From Bacillota bacterium (GTDB lineage: Bacteria; Bacillota_I; Bacilli_A; RF39; UBA660), in assembly GCA_015059445.1 (NCBI GenBank), contig SVAK01000002.1:36698-100697 (forward strand): DNA of 64,000 nt, given 5' to 3'. The notes under the pieces are model-generated. The model did not search any database. It was not told the DNA's origin and saw only the letters and a program-made list of their open reading frames with translations. Below are positions 41,357 to 52,020 of this stretch, piece after piece. A program made the position numbers and the translations under genes. Every line of letters starts with the position of its first letter. Within the stretch, counting starts at the first letter, position 1.

Positions 41357-42745
41357 TTATAGCATATTTATTTTAAAATAAAATACTGAACCTTTATTTA
41401 TTTCACTTGTAACACCATATTCAAAATTATGTTTATTAAGTATCTCTTTAACTATAGATAATCCTAAACCTGTACTCACAACATTTCTTCTGTGATTCTT
41501 TTCATTTTTATAATATTTATCCCAAATATAAGATAACTCATCTTTTTTTATTCCTTTTCCAGTATCTATAATTTCTACTAAATAATCTTTATTTTCTTTT
41601 GTAACTTTTATTTTAACGATTTTATCTTTTCCTGTATAATTTATTGCATTATTCAATAAATTATACATTACTTGATTTATTTTGTTTTTATCAGCCTTTA
41701 CTATTACTTTCTTAGGTAAATCTAAAATAAATTTATATTCTTCAAGCTCTTTCATAACAGAATATCTTTTAATTATCCCCTTTATTTCCTTTATTAAATC
41801 ATATTCTTCATAATTATACATATAAGAATCATTTTGAACTTTAGAAAGTTCTAGTATATCATTAACTAAAATCGTTAATCTATCCGTTTCTTCCATTATA
41901 ATATCTAAATGTTCATTCATTTTTTTTGGTTCTTTATGTGATATATCTTTAATCATTTCGGCATAAGCCTTAATCATGGTAAGAGGAGTTTTTAAATCAT
42001 GAGAAACATTAGCCATTAAATCCCTTTTTAACTCATCACTTTTACTTAATTCTTTTTGAACTTCTTCTAAAGTTTTAGATAATTCTTCTATTTCTAAAAC
42101 CCCATTTTTAGGAAACTTCGTATCATACTTTCCTTCGCCAAGTGATTTTGCTTTTTTTGTTATTTCCCTTATTGGTTTGGTTATTTTATTTGCTAAGAAA
42201 AAAGATATTAAAACTGAACATAAAATTATTAACAAAATAAAATAAATTTTTTGTCCTTGAAACAATTTAATAAAACTAGACACATTTTCCAAATTACTAT
42301 ATATAAATACATTTTTACTATTAGTTTTAAATGCATAAAGTATTCCCTTAGTATCTGTTTTATAGTTAGTTATGTTAAAATAATCACTCGCCTTATCACT
42401 TAAAATAAACTTTTTAATTTTATTATTTATTATCTTATCATTATTATTTAAAACACATCCTTTTTGCAAAGTATTAAAATTAAATGCTACATAATTATTA
42501 TCAATAACTTTTATACATACTTCATTTTCATATGCTAATTGCTCTGCTAAAACATAAGTATCTTTATTAGAAAAATTAAATTCTTCTATAATATTATTCA
42601 TTTTGTTTATTTGATAATTTCTATATAATAAACTAAAAATTATATTTTCGCTAAACCACAATAATAAAATTATTCCAATATTAAATATCAAAATAAACAT
42701 TAAAGTTTTAAATTCTATTCCTTTAATTTTTTTCTTTATATTCAA
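41357..42745 (-). CDS. HAMP sensor histidine kinase
   Basis: Two TM helices, VSHDLKTPL, NLLNNAINY, DTGKG, GLGL. Confidence 0.95.
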   Translation of the reverse strand: MNIKKKIKGIEFKTLMFILIFNIGIILLLWFSENIIFSLLYRNYQINKMNNIIEEFNFSNKDTYVLAEQLAYENEVCIKVIDNNYVAFNFNTLQKGCVLNNNDKIINNKIKKFILSDKASDYFNITNYKTDTKGILYAFKTNSKNVFIYSNLENVSSFIKLFQGQKIYFILLIILCSVLISFFLANKITKPIREITKKAKSLGEGKYDTKFPKNGVLEIEELSKTLEEVQKELSKSDELKRDLMANVSHDLKTPLTMIKAYAEMIKDISHKEPKKMNEHLDIIMEETDRLTILVNDILELSKVQNDSYMYNYEEYDLIKEIKGIIKRYSVMKELEEYKFILDLPKKVIVKADKNKINQVMYNLLNNAINYTGKDKIVKIKVTKENKDYLVEIIDTGKGIKKDELSYIWDKYYKNEKNHRRNVVSTGLGLSIVKEILNKHNFEYGVTSEINKGSVFYFKINML

Positions 42746-43397
42746 TTTTATAACCCATTCCTCTAACTGTTTTAATTAAATCGCGATATTTACCTAATCG
42801 CGATCTTAAAGTTTTGATATGCGTATCAACTGTTCTATCATCACCATAAAAGTCATACCCCCAAATAGCAGATAATAATTTTTCTCTAGATAATGCTATA
42901 TTTTTATTTTCCATTAGGCATTTAAGCAAATCATATTCTTTAGGAGTAAGTTCAATTATTTTATCATCTACATAAACTTCATGTGCTAAATCATCTATTT
43001 TAATTCCTGATAATATTAAACATTCTTCTCTATTATTTCTCTTTGTTATCGCTTTAACTCTTGCCACTAATTCTTTAGGACTAAAAGGTTTAGTTACATA
43101 ATCATCTATTCCTAAATCAAATCCAATAAGTTTATCATACTCTTCACTTCTAGCAGATAGCATAATAAAAGGAATATCCTTCAAATGTTTTATTTCTTTA
43201 CATGCAGTATAACCGTCCATTTTTGGCATCATTATATCCATAATAACTAAATCTATATTATGTCTTTTTATTACATTAATGGCATCAATACCATTCTCTG
43301 CTTCGTAAGTAACAAAACCTTCTAAATTTAAATATTCTCTAATTACTTCTCTTATTAATTTTTCATCGTCAACAATTAAAATATTCATGAATACCAC
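42723..43397 (-). CDS. OmpR-family response regulator
   Basis: LIVDDE, DIMMPKMDG, KPFS, winged helix RTVDTHIK. Confidence 0.95.
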   Translation of the reverse strand: MVFMNILIVDDEKLIREVIREYLNLEGFVTYEAENGIDAINVIKRHNIDLVIMDIMMPKMDGYTACKEIKHLKDIPFIMLSARSEEYDKLIGFDLGIDDYVTKPFSPKELVARVKAITKRNNREECLILSGIKIDDLAHEVYVDDKIIELTPKEYDLLKCLMENKNIALSREKLLSAIWGYDFYGDDRTVDTHIKTLRSRLGKYRDLIKTVRGMGYKIEYKEKN

Positions 43398-43446
43398 CTA
43401 TGTTATATAGTATAACATAAATGTGAAATATACATGAAAAAAGCAA

Positions 43447-45468
43447 CTATTCTAAAGTTGCATCTCTTTTCTTCATATTAAACAAATCATAAGTAATAAT
43501 TGCATTATTTACTCCTAACAATGTTTCAGTATATTCTACATTATCAGTTATATAATCATTATCTAATATTATACCTTCTTTTAAAATTTTATATTCCCCA
43601 GTTGAGTTATTGTAATATATTGTATCTGTTAAATAATTTCCATTAGGAAACACAACTATATTATTATTTTGGATATTAAAGATATCATGACCTAAAACAT
43701 ATTTATTGTCAATATCTAACATATTATATAAAGTAGGAGCAGCATCATACATTCCCATTGTTGTATCAACTTCACCTTTTAATTTTTTGGATAAAGTTTT
43801 ATTTTTAGTCCATATAATTAAAGGAGTCTTTTTATTTAAATTGTGATCATAACTATCATACTCTATATAACTTTCATCTTCTTTATCTTTCAATTTACCA
43901 GTTGTATAATCGTAATTATATAAATAATTCATATCTTTATAGCTTATTTTTGCATCATGATCACCATAGAAAATAAACACTGTGTTATTAAAATAATCAC
44001 TTTCCTTAATATAAGTTAAAAAATCTCCTAAAGCTTCATCAGCATAATGACTACTAACAATATATCTTCCAATATCTCTATCACATAAATAACAATTACT
44101 AACATCAAATCCTGTAACTTCGTCAGTATAATAATCGGTTAAGTCTAAATCAAATGATTCATGTGAATCAAAAGGTGAATGGTTAGATAAAGTAATGACT
44201 GTTCCAAAATAATTTTCATAAGTACTTTCAAAAGTTTCTAATTTCTCTATTGCCTGCTCAAAGAATACTTTATCATTTACACCTAATCCAATCCAATCTT
44301 TTTCTGTATCAAAGACAAATGATTCTCGATAATACATTTCACTATAACCTAGCCTTGGATGAACATTATTTCTATTCCACATTGATGAATAATTACCATG
44401 CATGCTAAATGTATAATAACCTTTATTTTTTAAATTTGTGGCTATCGTATTAAAAGTATTGTCATAATAACTTACAAATACTGTTCCACTAGATGATGGC
44501 ATCAAACCAGTAAGCATTATATATTCAGCGTCAGATGATGTTCCAGTAGATATTTGAGGATAAAAATTACTAAAGAATAGTCCTTCACTAGCTAATTTAT
44601 TTAAGTTGGGTGTAACAGTTTGACCATTAAATTCTAAATCCATCAAAAAGTTTTGAATACTTTCCATGTGAACGTAGACTACATTATAGCCTTCTAAAAT
44701 TCCAGTATATTTATTTTCTTTGTTATATTTTTCTCTTTCTTCACTTTCAAAATAATTAGTAAATAATTCATAAGCTTCTTCATAACCAAATAAGCTATTA
44801 ATTTTTGGAATAAGGGTTTGAAAAATATCATTACCCTGATAAAGTAGTATACCGAATCTTTCAACAACACTTTCTCTATTCCATAACTTTGCAAGACGGC
44901 TAAAATCAGATGGCGTAGAAACGATTAATCTGAGTACAATTATTGCTATCCCAATACCCATAGTAAATAAAAACAATTTTAAACTTTTCTCAATTTTTAG
45001 CATGTAATTATAATATGGTGAATATCTAAGTTTTTGATGAATATAACAGAAGGTTATTGGTATGAACAAATAAATAAAATCCACTAATTTTAAACCATCA
45101 AAAATAGAATCTGTAACTGTTTCGGCTTGAGATAAGGTTGCCAATTCTCCTACTGAGGCGAAATTGGTATAAAAAGTATAGTATATTGAATTTACAACAA
45201 AAATCAGCGTAAAAATGCATAACCAACTAAAAAAATATCTAAATTGTTTATCTGGCTTACAAAAATATCCAAATGATCCTATGATAAAAATTAATCCTAA
45301 TTCAGTTATCATAGACTTAAAATTTAATGCGTTACCAATAGTAAATCCCCTTAAAAATAAACAACCTGCAAATGATAAAATAACGTATGATAAAAACAAC
45401 CTATTTTTATATATATAAGAATATAAAAGCAAACTAATTTTTTTCAAAACATTGTTAATCTTCTTCAT
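43447..45468 (-). CDS. ltaS: Lipoteichoic acid synthase family protein
   Basis: Five TM helices, HMES, TPNLNKL, GTSSDAE, TLSNHSPF, YGDH. Confidence 0.9.
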   Translation of the reverse strand: MKKINNVLKKISLLLYSYIYKNRLFLSYVILSFAGCLFLRGFTIGNALNFKSMITELGLIFIIGSFGYFCKPDKQFRYFFSWLCIFTLIFVVNSIYYTFYTNFASVGELATLSQAETVTDSIFDGLKLVDFIYLFIPITFCYIHQKLRYSPYYNYMLKIEKSLKLFLFTMGIGIAIIVLRLIVSTPSDFSRLAKLWNRESVVERFGILLYQGNDIFQTLIPKINSLFGYEEAYELFTNYFESEEREKYNKENKYTGILEGYNVVYVHMESIQNFLMDLEFNGQTVTPNLNKLASEGLFFSNFYPQISTGTSSDAEYIMLTGLMPSSSGTVFVSYYDNTFNTIATNLKNKGYYTFSMHGNYSSMWNRNNVHPRLGYSEMYYRESFVFDTEKDWIGLGVNDKVFFEQAIEKLETFESTYENYFGTVITLSNHSPFDSHESFDLDLTDYYTDEVTGFDVSNCYLCDRDIGRYIVSSHYADEALGDFLTYIKESDYFNNTVFIFYGDHDAKISYKDMNYLYNYDYTTGKLKDKEDESYIEYDSYDHNLNKKTPLIIWTKNKTLSKKLKGEVDTTMGMYDAAPTLYNMLDIDNKYVLGHDIFNIQNNNIVVFPNGNYLTDTIYYNNSTGEYKILKEGIILDNDYITDNVEYTETLLGVNNAIITYDLFNMKKRDATLE

Positions 45469-45523
45469 TTTTTCCTTCTTCTTTGATTAATTATAGCAAA
45501 TAACACTTTCTTAATCAACTTTT

Positions 45524-45715
45524 CTAAAGAGGATAAGTAGCTAAGAACAAAATAATAGAAATTGCAATAGCAAATATTAAATAGAAAATTTTACATAAAC
45601 AAATCAATACTTTTTTAATTCCGCTATTTTTTATTTTTTCTATTTTATGTTCTATGGGTTTATAAATAGTTAACCCTAAACCTTCATTATAAATTTGTTC
45701 AACGTATTCTTTCAT
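45524..45715 (-). CDS. Small membrane protein coupled to the GT2 gene
   Basis: Starts 1 nt after the GT2 stop; C-terminal TM helix. Confidence 0.6.
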   Translation of the reverse strand: MKEYVEQIYNEGLGLTIYKPIEHKIEKIKNSGIKKVLICLCKIFYLIFAIAISIILFLATYPL

Positions 45716-45716
45716 A

Positions 45717-47240
45717 TTAATTATCCTTTTTAGATTTATCTATATCATCAATTGTTATTTGACTATTATGTGGAATTGGTTTCCAAGTAACTTTAACAAA
45801 TAATGCTGCATAAATAGTATATCTTCCTATAATGTCAAATGTCGGCCACGTCAAAGTATATAAACATTTTTTCCAAAAACTAATTTTTTTGATACGATGA
45901 CCTTCAACTATAAATAAATATACTGCCACCCAACATTTTGCTAAATAAGTTCCTATACGATATATAAATCTTGCTAATATTGCAAGTAAAGCGCTTACAA
46001 AAAAAGCGGTTATTCCAGGGCTTAATGTTAGCCTTTTTTTGCCAAATAATAAAACTAAGGCTTTGGCAAACCAAGTGTTTCCAGTAATTATTGATACATT
46101 TTCTAAACCATAAACACTAGAAAAACATGCATAAATTATAACACTTACTAATATCCATCTAACTAAATTAATTACCACTATAGGTGTTAACTGCATTAAT
46201 GTATCAAAAGAGGCAAAACGATGTCTAATTGATTCTAATATTGAAAGTAAAAAATCTTTTAGTGTTTTTTGCTTTTTTGCTTTTTTATCGTTATTCCACT
46301 TTTCTTTTACAAAAAGTTTTCCGAAAAATATATTCAAAAACAGACTAGGTCCCGATTCGGCAAATGCTAGTAAATGTCCTTTTGACCATCTTAATCTTTG
46401 ACGTAATGCCACTCTTAAACTGGTTGGTTGTTCATCAAAAAATTCTGCTTCATCTTGGTAAGTTATTTGATAACCTTGTGCAACTGCATCCGCAGTTAAT
46501 GCTCTATCCTCAGTTAAAGAAGTATATTTCCAACCGTTTTTAACAATTTCGCTAGCGAATAAAAAACCTGTTCCTTGAATATTTGTTGCAAGTCTTAAAA
46601 CACTTCTAGCGCGATGATTACATCTAATTGATCTTATCCAATGCAGCGCATATGTTGATGCAATCCAATTCTCATCAAAATTCTTAGTATTACGATACGA
46701 TGTTATTATTTTTTCGCCAGAATCAAATGCATCATTCATCTTTGTAATAAAATTTTGATTTAATAAATTATCAGCATCAAATATAAAATATCCTTCAAAA
46801 GACATACGACCATAATCTTTTTCTATTTGTTCAAGCAAGTATTGCATAGCAAAACCTTTTGTCTTATGTTCATTATCAAATCTTTCATAACAAATTGCAC
46901 CATGTTTCCTTGCGATTTCAGCAGTGTTATCAGTACAATTATCAGCTACCACAAATGTTGTTAATAAATCACTTGGATAATCTTGCTTTTTAATGCTATC
47001 AAGCAAATTACCTATAACAAATTTTTCATTTCTTGCTGCAATTAATATTGCATATTTATGTTTATTTGTGGCTGGTTTAAACTTTCTTGTAAACAAAAAT
47101 CCTATAGCATAATAAACGGATTTATAAATAGTTAAAATTCCCAATACAATTCCAATAATATTATAAATTTCTCTACTTTTTAAATAAGAATTACCAATTG
47201 TTTCTATTATACTTAAAAAATTCATAAAATACCTCGTCAC
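45717..47240 (-). CDS. Processive-type GT2 glycosyltransferase
   Basis: AARNE, FDAD, LTED, QRLRW (D,D,D,QxxRW). Confidence 0.9.
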   Translation of the reverse strand: MTRYFMNFLSIIETIGNSYLKSREIYNIIGIVLGILTIYKSVYYAIGFLFTRKFKPATNKHKYAILIAARNEKFVIGNLLDSIKKQDYPSDLLTTFVVADNCTDNTAEIARKHGAICYERFDNEHKTKGFAMQYLLEQIEKDYGRMSFEGYFIFDADNLLNQNFITKMNDAFDSGEKIITSYRNTKNFDENWIASTYALHWIRSIRCNHRARSVLRLATNIQGTGFLFASEIVKNGWKYTSLTEDRALTADAVAQGYQITYQDEAEFFDEQPTSLRVALRQRLRWSKGHLLAFAESGPSLFLNIFFGKLFVKEKWNNDKKAKKQKTLKDFLLSILESIRHRFASFDTLMQLTPIVVINLVRWILVSVIIYACFSSVYGLENVSIITGNTWFAKALVLLFGKKRLTLSPGITAFFVSALLAILARFIYRIGTYLAKCWVAVYLFIVEGHRIKKISFWKKCLYTLTWPTFDIIGRYTIYAALFVKVTWKPIPHNSQITIDDIDKSKKDN

Positions 47241-47322
47241 TTCATAAAAATTATAACATATACTATAAATATAATGAAGTTTTTATTGCAATATATCATT
47301 ATTTTTGTTATTATAAATTTAT

Positions 47323-47397
47323 GCAGGTGTAGTATAATGGTTAATATATAACCTTGCCAAGGTTGAGATGGGAGTTCGATTCTCCTCACTTGCTCCA
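47323..47397 (+). tRNA. tRNA-Gly (GCC)
   Basis: GCAGGTG...CACTTGC-T-CCA; TAACC-TTGCCAA-GGTTG. Confidence 0.92.
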
Positions 47398-47588
47398 TTT
47401 GAAAACAACTTACGAACCAATACGGTGTCGTAAGTTTTTATTTTGTGTTTCAATCGAACTCGGGTAGCAGCCTGAAAGATATATAGATACAATGTTATCT
47501 TTCTATGAAAGATAACATTTTTTATATTTTAATACTTCATTATGCATTTTTTTATTTAAAATAAAGTAACCCAAATAAATTCAATGTT

Positions 47589-48146
47589 TTATAAATTAAA
47601 TTTTTTTATTATTATATCCGCAGTTTCTTGTGGTGTTAGATTTGTATTATCTATCTTTATATAGTTTTTATATATTTTATCTACTTCCCCTTCTGTTGAT
47701 ATTAATCTATATTTATCAACAGAATCAATTAATTCTTGATCACTACTTTCTGTATTTCTCTTAGATGGTTTATTATATAATCTATGTTGTGTTTTATTTC
47801 TGTCAAGTCTAGTTTGCAAATCTGTAACTAGTTCTACGATATATAGTTGTCCATCAAATATTTTATTTATATTTTCAACATAATTCCAATCTTCCTCTTC
47901 ACTAAATGCCCAAACATAAGTAAATATTAAATCACTATTAGTACTTATTGCGGCATTAAATGTCGCCATTCTGATATCTTTAGATAATATTTTGTGCGCT
48001 GGATGTCCCCAACCAAATATTTTTGCAGAAAGGTCTAAACTATCATGATTCATAGTCATTGATATTCCTGTTTTTTCTTTTATAGCTTCTGCTACCGTCA
48101 TTTTTCCTACAGCTTGGGCTCCTGTTATTAATATTAATTTTGACAT
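47589..48146 (-). CDS. P-loop kinase (AAA_33/shikimate-kinase-like)
   Basis: ITGAQAVGKMT, RLDRNK, KIDNTNLTP. Confidence 0.8.
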   Translation of the reverse strand: MSKLILITGAQAVGKMTVAEAIKEKTGISMTMNHDSLDLSAKIFGWGHPAHKILSKDIRMATFNAAISTNSDLIFTYVWAFSEEEDWNYVENINKIFDGQLYIVELVTDLQTRLDRNKTQHRLYNKPSKRNTESSDQELIDSVDKYRLISTEGEVDKIYKNYIKIDNTNLTPQETADIIIKKFNL

Positions 48147-48502
48147 TTTTATTTTTCCTCCTTTATTACCTAATAAATCTATTGAATTAAAATAATTTTT
48201 TTGATTAAATCATATCATACAAATATAAAAAGACTATTAACTCTATAAATTTATAGATATCATTAACCTTTTAATTATAAAAACAATCAAAATATTATTC
48301 AAAAATAGCAATAATAATACTTTGTACTATTGATAGTGCTATTTTTTTATAATGGCTACTTTGGTAAAAGAAGTTACGTATAAAAATTATTCACAACACC
48401 AATTTGTTTATAATTATGTAGGTCCTTAACACCTCGGCTTTTTTCTAATTTGTTAACACAGTTTTGTTATTTTTTCAAACGAAAGTCTAGTGTGTTTATG
48501 AT

Positions 48503-51500
48503 TTAATAATATTTTTGAATTTTTACTTCTGCTACATTATCATTAGAAGTAACATTTAATAATAAATCGCACTTATCTAATTCACATAAATCAGCTAATG
48601 TTTCGTTAGAAATGTATTGTAACATCTTTTCAGTTAAATTAGATTTGATTTCTAATTTAATTCTTTCACTAATTTCAAGATTTAAACTTTTTCTTCCATC
48701 TTGAATATTTCTTACGATTTCACGAGCCAATCCCTCTTCTTTTAACTCTTCTGTTAAAATTGTATCTAATTTAATTACAATTTCATTATCATTAGCAACA
48801 GAGCAATCTGATTTTGATGTATATCTTACAACTAAATCTTCTGATGAAAAAACTTCACCATTTGAAAGTTTATATCCTTTATCTAAAATTTCAAAACTTT
48901 TATTCTTAATTAAATTACTAACTTCTTTCATATTTTTACCATATTTAGGTCCAAGAGTTTTAAAATTAGGTAAATATTCTACATTAGCAATTTCTGCAAC
49001 TTCATTTAAAATACAAATATCTTTAATATTTACTTCTTCACAAATTGTTTCTTTAAACTTATTTACAATAGAACTATAATCTTTTGTAAATGCAACTTCA
49101 ATTTTTGAAAGCGGTTGTCTAATTTTGATATTTTCTTTTTCTCTTAGATTTCTTGTTAATGAAATTACTCTTTGAATTACTTCTGTTTCTTTTAAAATTT
49201 GCTCATTTTTAAACTTAACATTAATACTACACCAATCACTTAAATGAATAGAATTATCTTTAGTTAAATTTTTATATAAATATTCAGAAATAATAGGTGT
49301 AACTGGTGCTAATAATTTACAAATATTAACTAACACGTAGTATGTTGTTTCATATGCATTTTGTTTATCTTTTGTAAATTCAGATTCCCAGAATCTTCTT
49401 CTTGATCTCCTTAAATACCAAGAACTAAATCCATCAATTAATTCTACAATTGGCTCAACATAATTATCAATTTGATAATTATTCATATTTTTTGTAACTT
49501 CTTTTTCTGTATGATATAATTTTGCTAAAATCCATTTATCTAATTCATTATCAGATGATGGCAATTTAACATTATCTGGTTCAAATTTATCTAAAATCGC
49601 ATATGAATTAAAGAAGCTTGCACAATTATATAATGGCAATAAAACTTGTTGAACTTGTTCCTTAATTCCTTTTTCATCGAACAATAAATCATTCATAATA
49701 ATGGCATTCGACCTAAATAGATACAATCTAAAGGCATCGGTTCCATAAGTTTTCATAAGTTCCATTGGGTCAGTATAATTCTTTGAAGACTTAGAAAGTT
49801 TCTTTCCATCTTTAGCTAAAATTGTTCCATGTACTACACAATTTTTATATGCCGGTTTATCAAATAATGCTACAGATAATACATGTAAGTAGTAGAACCA
49901 ACATCTAATTTGTCCAGTATATTCAACTATGAAGTCTGATGGGAAATGATTTTCAAACCATTCCTTATTTTCAAATGGATAATGTTTTTGAGCAAAAGGA
50001 ACTGAACCGGATTCAAACCAGCAATCCAATACTTCTGGAACTCTTCTCATAGTTCCGCCACAACTACATCCAAACTCGACTTTGTCCATAAATTGCCTAT
50101 GTAAATCTGTTAATATAACACCACTTACATTTTCGATTTCATCAATACTTCCTAATACTTTTCTCTCATGACATTCATCACATTCCCAAATTGGAATTGG
50201 TGTACTCCAATATCTATTTCTTGAGATATTCCAATCTCTTGCATTTTCTAGCCACTTTCCAAATCTTCCATGTTTAACATTATCAGGAATCCAATTGATT
50301 TCTTCATTACATTCAATTAACTTATCCTTGATTTTCTCAATACTAAAATACCAAGCATCCATTGCTTTATAAATTAAAGGCGTCTTACATCTCCAACAAT
50401 GCGGATAATTATGTACGAGAGTTCCCTCTAAAATAACTTTGCCACTTGCTTTTAGGAATCTAAGCACATCTTGATTCACTTCCATAACGTTTTGACCTAC
50501 AAAATCAGTAATTTGTTCTGTGTATCTACCTTTTTCGTCAACAGGACAAACAAGAGGTATATTGTTTGATTTGCATACCCAATAATCATCTTCACCAAAT
50601 GCAGGTGCAATGTGAACGATTCCAACACCTTCATCTAATTCGACAAAATCTGCAGAAATTACTTTGAAAGCACCATCATTCTTTTTGTCCTCAAAGTAGT
50701 TCATCAATGGTTCATAAGATATCCCAACTAATTCACTACCTTTAATAGTTTTTACTACTTTAGGTTCATCTCCAAGAATCTTAGTATATTTACCTAATAG
50801 AGTGCTTCCTAAAATATAAACTTCATTTTCGACTTCAACATAAGCATATTCAAAATCGTTATTTACTGCTAGAGCCATATTTGAGAATAATGTCCATGGA
50901 GTTGTTGTCCACGCTAACAAATATACCGGTTTATTATTGCATGTTTCTTTGATTTTAAATTTAGCAATACACCAAGTATCTTGTTTTGGCCTTGTAGAAT
51001 CTGATTCTCTAGTATCTGAAATAGAAAGTGCAGTTTCACATCTATAGCAATATGGAGTAACTCTGTAATCTTGATAAATCAAGCCTTTGTTATAGCACTC
51101 TTTGAATGCCCACATAACACTTTCCATAAATGGTGTATTCATTGTTTTATAAGCATTATCATAATCTACCCATCTGCACATTTCTCTAACATATTCACGC
51201 CAAGAATCATTGTTGTTTGACACAATACTATGGCAACAATCATTGAACTTATCAATTCCAACAGATGATTCGATTTCTTTCTTATCGTTGATATCTAAAA
51301 GTTTTTCTGCTTGAGTTTCAACCGGTAATCCATGACAATCCCATCCCCAAACTCTAGGTACCGAATGACCATTCATAGTATGATATCTTGCTATCATATC
51401 CTTAATGAATGAAACTAGCACTGTACCATGATGAGGTTTTCCTGTTGGGAATGGTGGCCCATCATAAAAAACTATTTCTTTTTTATCCTTGTTTTTTAAC

Positions 51501-51604
51501 GACTTCAAAAAAGTCTTATCTTCTTCCCAAAACTTCAACATGTCTTCCTGCATCCTTGGAAAGTTAGGGTTATTATCTAATTTGCTAAACTTCATTTTAT
51601 TCAT
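48503..51604 (-). CDS. ileS: Isoleucyl-tRNA synthetase, type 2 (IleRS2)
   Basis: YDGPPF, GWDCHGLP, WTTTPWT, DWNISRNRYW, KLSKS; IleRS2-type C-terminus (EEGLAREIVRNIQ); no C-terminal Zn finger. Confidence 0.95.
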   Translation of the reverse strand: MNKMKFSKLDNNPNFPRMQEDMLKFWEEDKTFLKSLKNKDKKEIVFYDGPPFPTGKPHHGTVLVSFIKDMIARYHTMNGHSVPRVWGWDCHGLPVETQAEKLLDINDKKEIESSVGIDKFNDCCHSIVSNNNDSWREYVREMCRWVDYDNAYKTMNTPFMESVMWAFKECYNKGLIYQDYRVTPYCYRCETALSISDTRESDSTRPKQDTWCIAKFKIKETCNNKPVYLLAWTTTPWTLFSNMALAVNNDFEYAYVEVENEVYILGSTLLGKYTKILGDEPKVVKTIKGSELVGISYEPLMNYFEDKKNDGAFKVISADFVELDEGVGIVHIAPAFGEDDYWVCKSNNIPLVCPVDEKGRYTEQITDFVGQNVMEVNQDVLRFLKASGKVILEGTLVHNYPHCWRCKTPLIYKAMDAWYFSIEKIKDKLIECNEEINWIPDNVKHGRFGKWLENARDWNISRNRYWSTPIPIWECDECHERKVLGSIDEIENVSGVILTDLHRQFMDKVEFGCSCGGTMRRVPEVLDCWFESGSVPFAQKHYPFENKEWFENHFPSDFIVEYTGQIRCWFYYLHVLSVALFDKPAYKNCVVHGTILAKDGKKLSKSSKNYTDPMELMKTYGTDAFRLYLFRSNAIIMNDLLFDEKGIKEQVQQVLLPLYNCASFFNSYAILDKFEPDNVKLPSSDNELDKWILAKLYHTEKEVTKNMNNYQIDNYVEPIVELIDGFSSWYLRRSRRRFWESEFTKDKQNAYETTYYVLVNICKLLAPVTPIISEYLYKNLTKDNSIHLSDWCSINVKFKNEQILKETEVIQRVISLTRNLREKENIKIRQPLSKIEVAFTKDYSSIVNKFKETICEEVNIKDICILNEVAEIANVEYLPNFKTLGPKYGKNMKEVSNLIKNKSFEILDKGYKLSNGEVFSSEDLVVRYTSKSDCSVANDNEIVIKLDTILTEELKEEGLAREIVRNIQDGRKSLNLEISERIKLEIKSNLTEKMLQYISNETLADLCELDKCDLLLNVTSNDNVAEVKIQKYY

Positions 51605-51616
51605 CCTCTCTTAATT

Positions 51617-51654
51617 AAAAAACTCGATTAGTTATATAGTGCTAATCGAGTTTT
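51617..51654 (-). terminator. Attenuator terminator upstream of ileS
   Basis: AAACTCGATTAG-loop-CTAATCGAGTTTTTT. Confidence 0.85.
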
Positions 51655-51725
51655 ATTTATATGTATATCAACTTATCTCTTATAGCACTAACGACAAAAC
51701 CGCATGTGCCATATAGACACATACG

Positions 51726-51770
51726 CTAACGTATTATTATCACTATATTAAATAAGTTGCCTTTGTTCAT
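51726..51770 (-). CDS. Leader peptide MNKGNLFNIVIIIR of the ileS attenuator; not in the ORF track
   Basis: SD GGAGAGG at 51782-51776; codons ATA GTG ATA ATA ATA near the 3' end. Confidence 0.75.
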   Translation of the reverse strand: MNKGNLFNIVIIIR

Positions 51771-51799
51771 AAATACCTCTCCAATCGAGTTCCAATAAA

Positions 51800-51829
51800 A
51801 TTATAATACTTTAACATTATTTTTGTCAA
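51800..51829 (-). promoter_or_regulatory. Consensus SigA promoter of the ileS leader
   Basis: TTGACA-18 nt-TATAAT. Confidence 0.8.
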
Positions 51830-52020
51830 TTTAATTCTTCTTATTACCCTTATTAAATATCATTATTTCCATAAAATCTTGCAAAAGTTGTTTATATTCT
51901 GAAAGTAATACTTTCTTTACACAATACCGCATAAATTTGATAATATCAAACAATAAATAATAAAAACATTTGATGTAAAATTTTAAAAGCATAAATGCTT
52001 TTCACACTTATGCTTTTTTA

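Noticed and set aside
51605-51800. T-box riboswitch upstream of ileS
   Set aside because: No convincing GGTGGNACCGCG T-box sequence or stem I motifs by eye; the leader-peptide model explains the region better.
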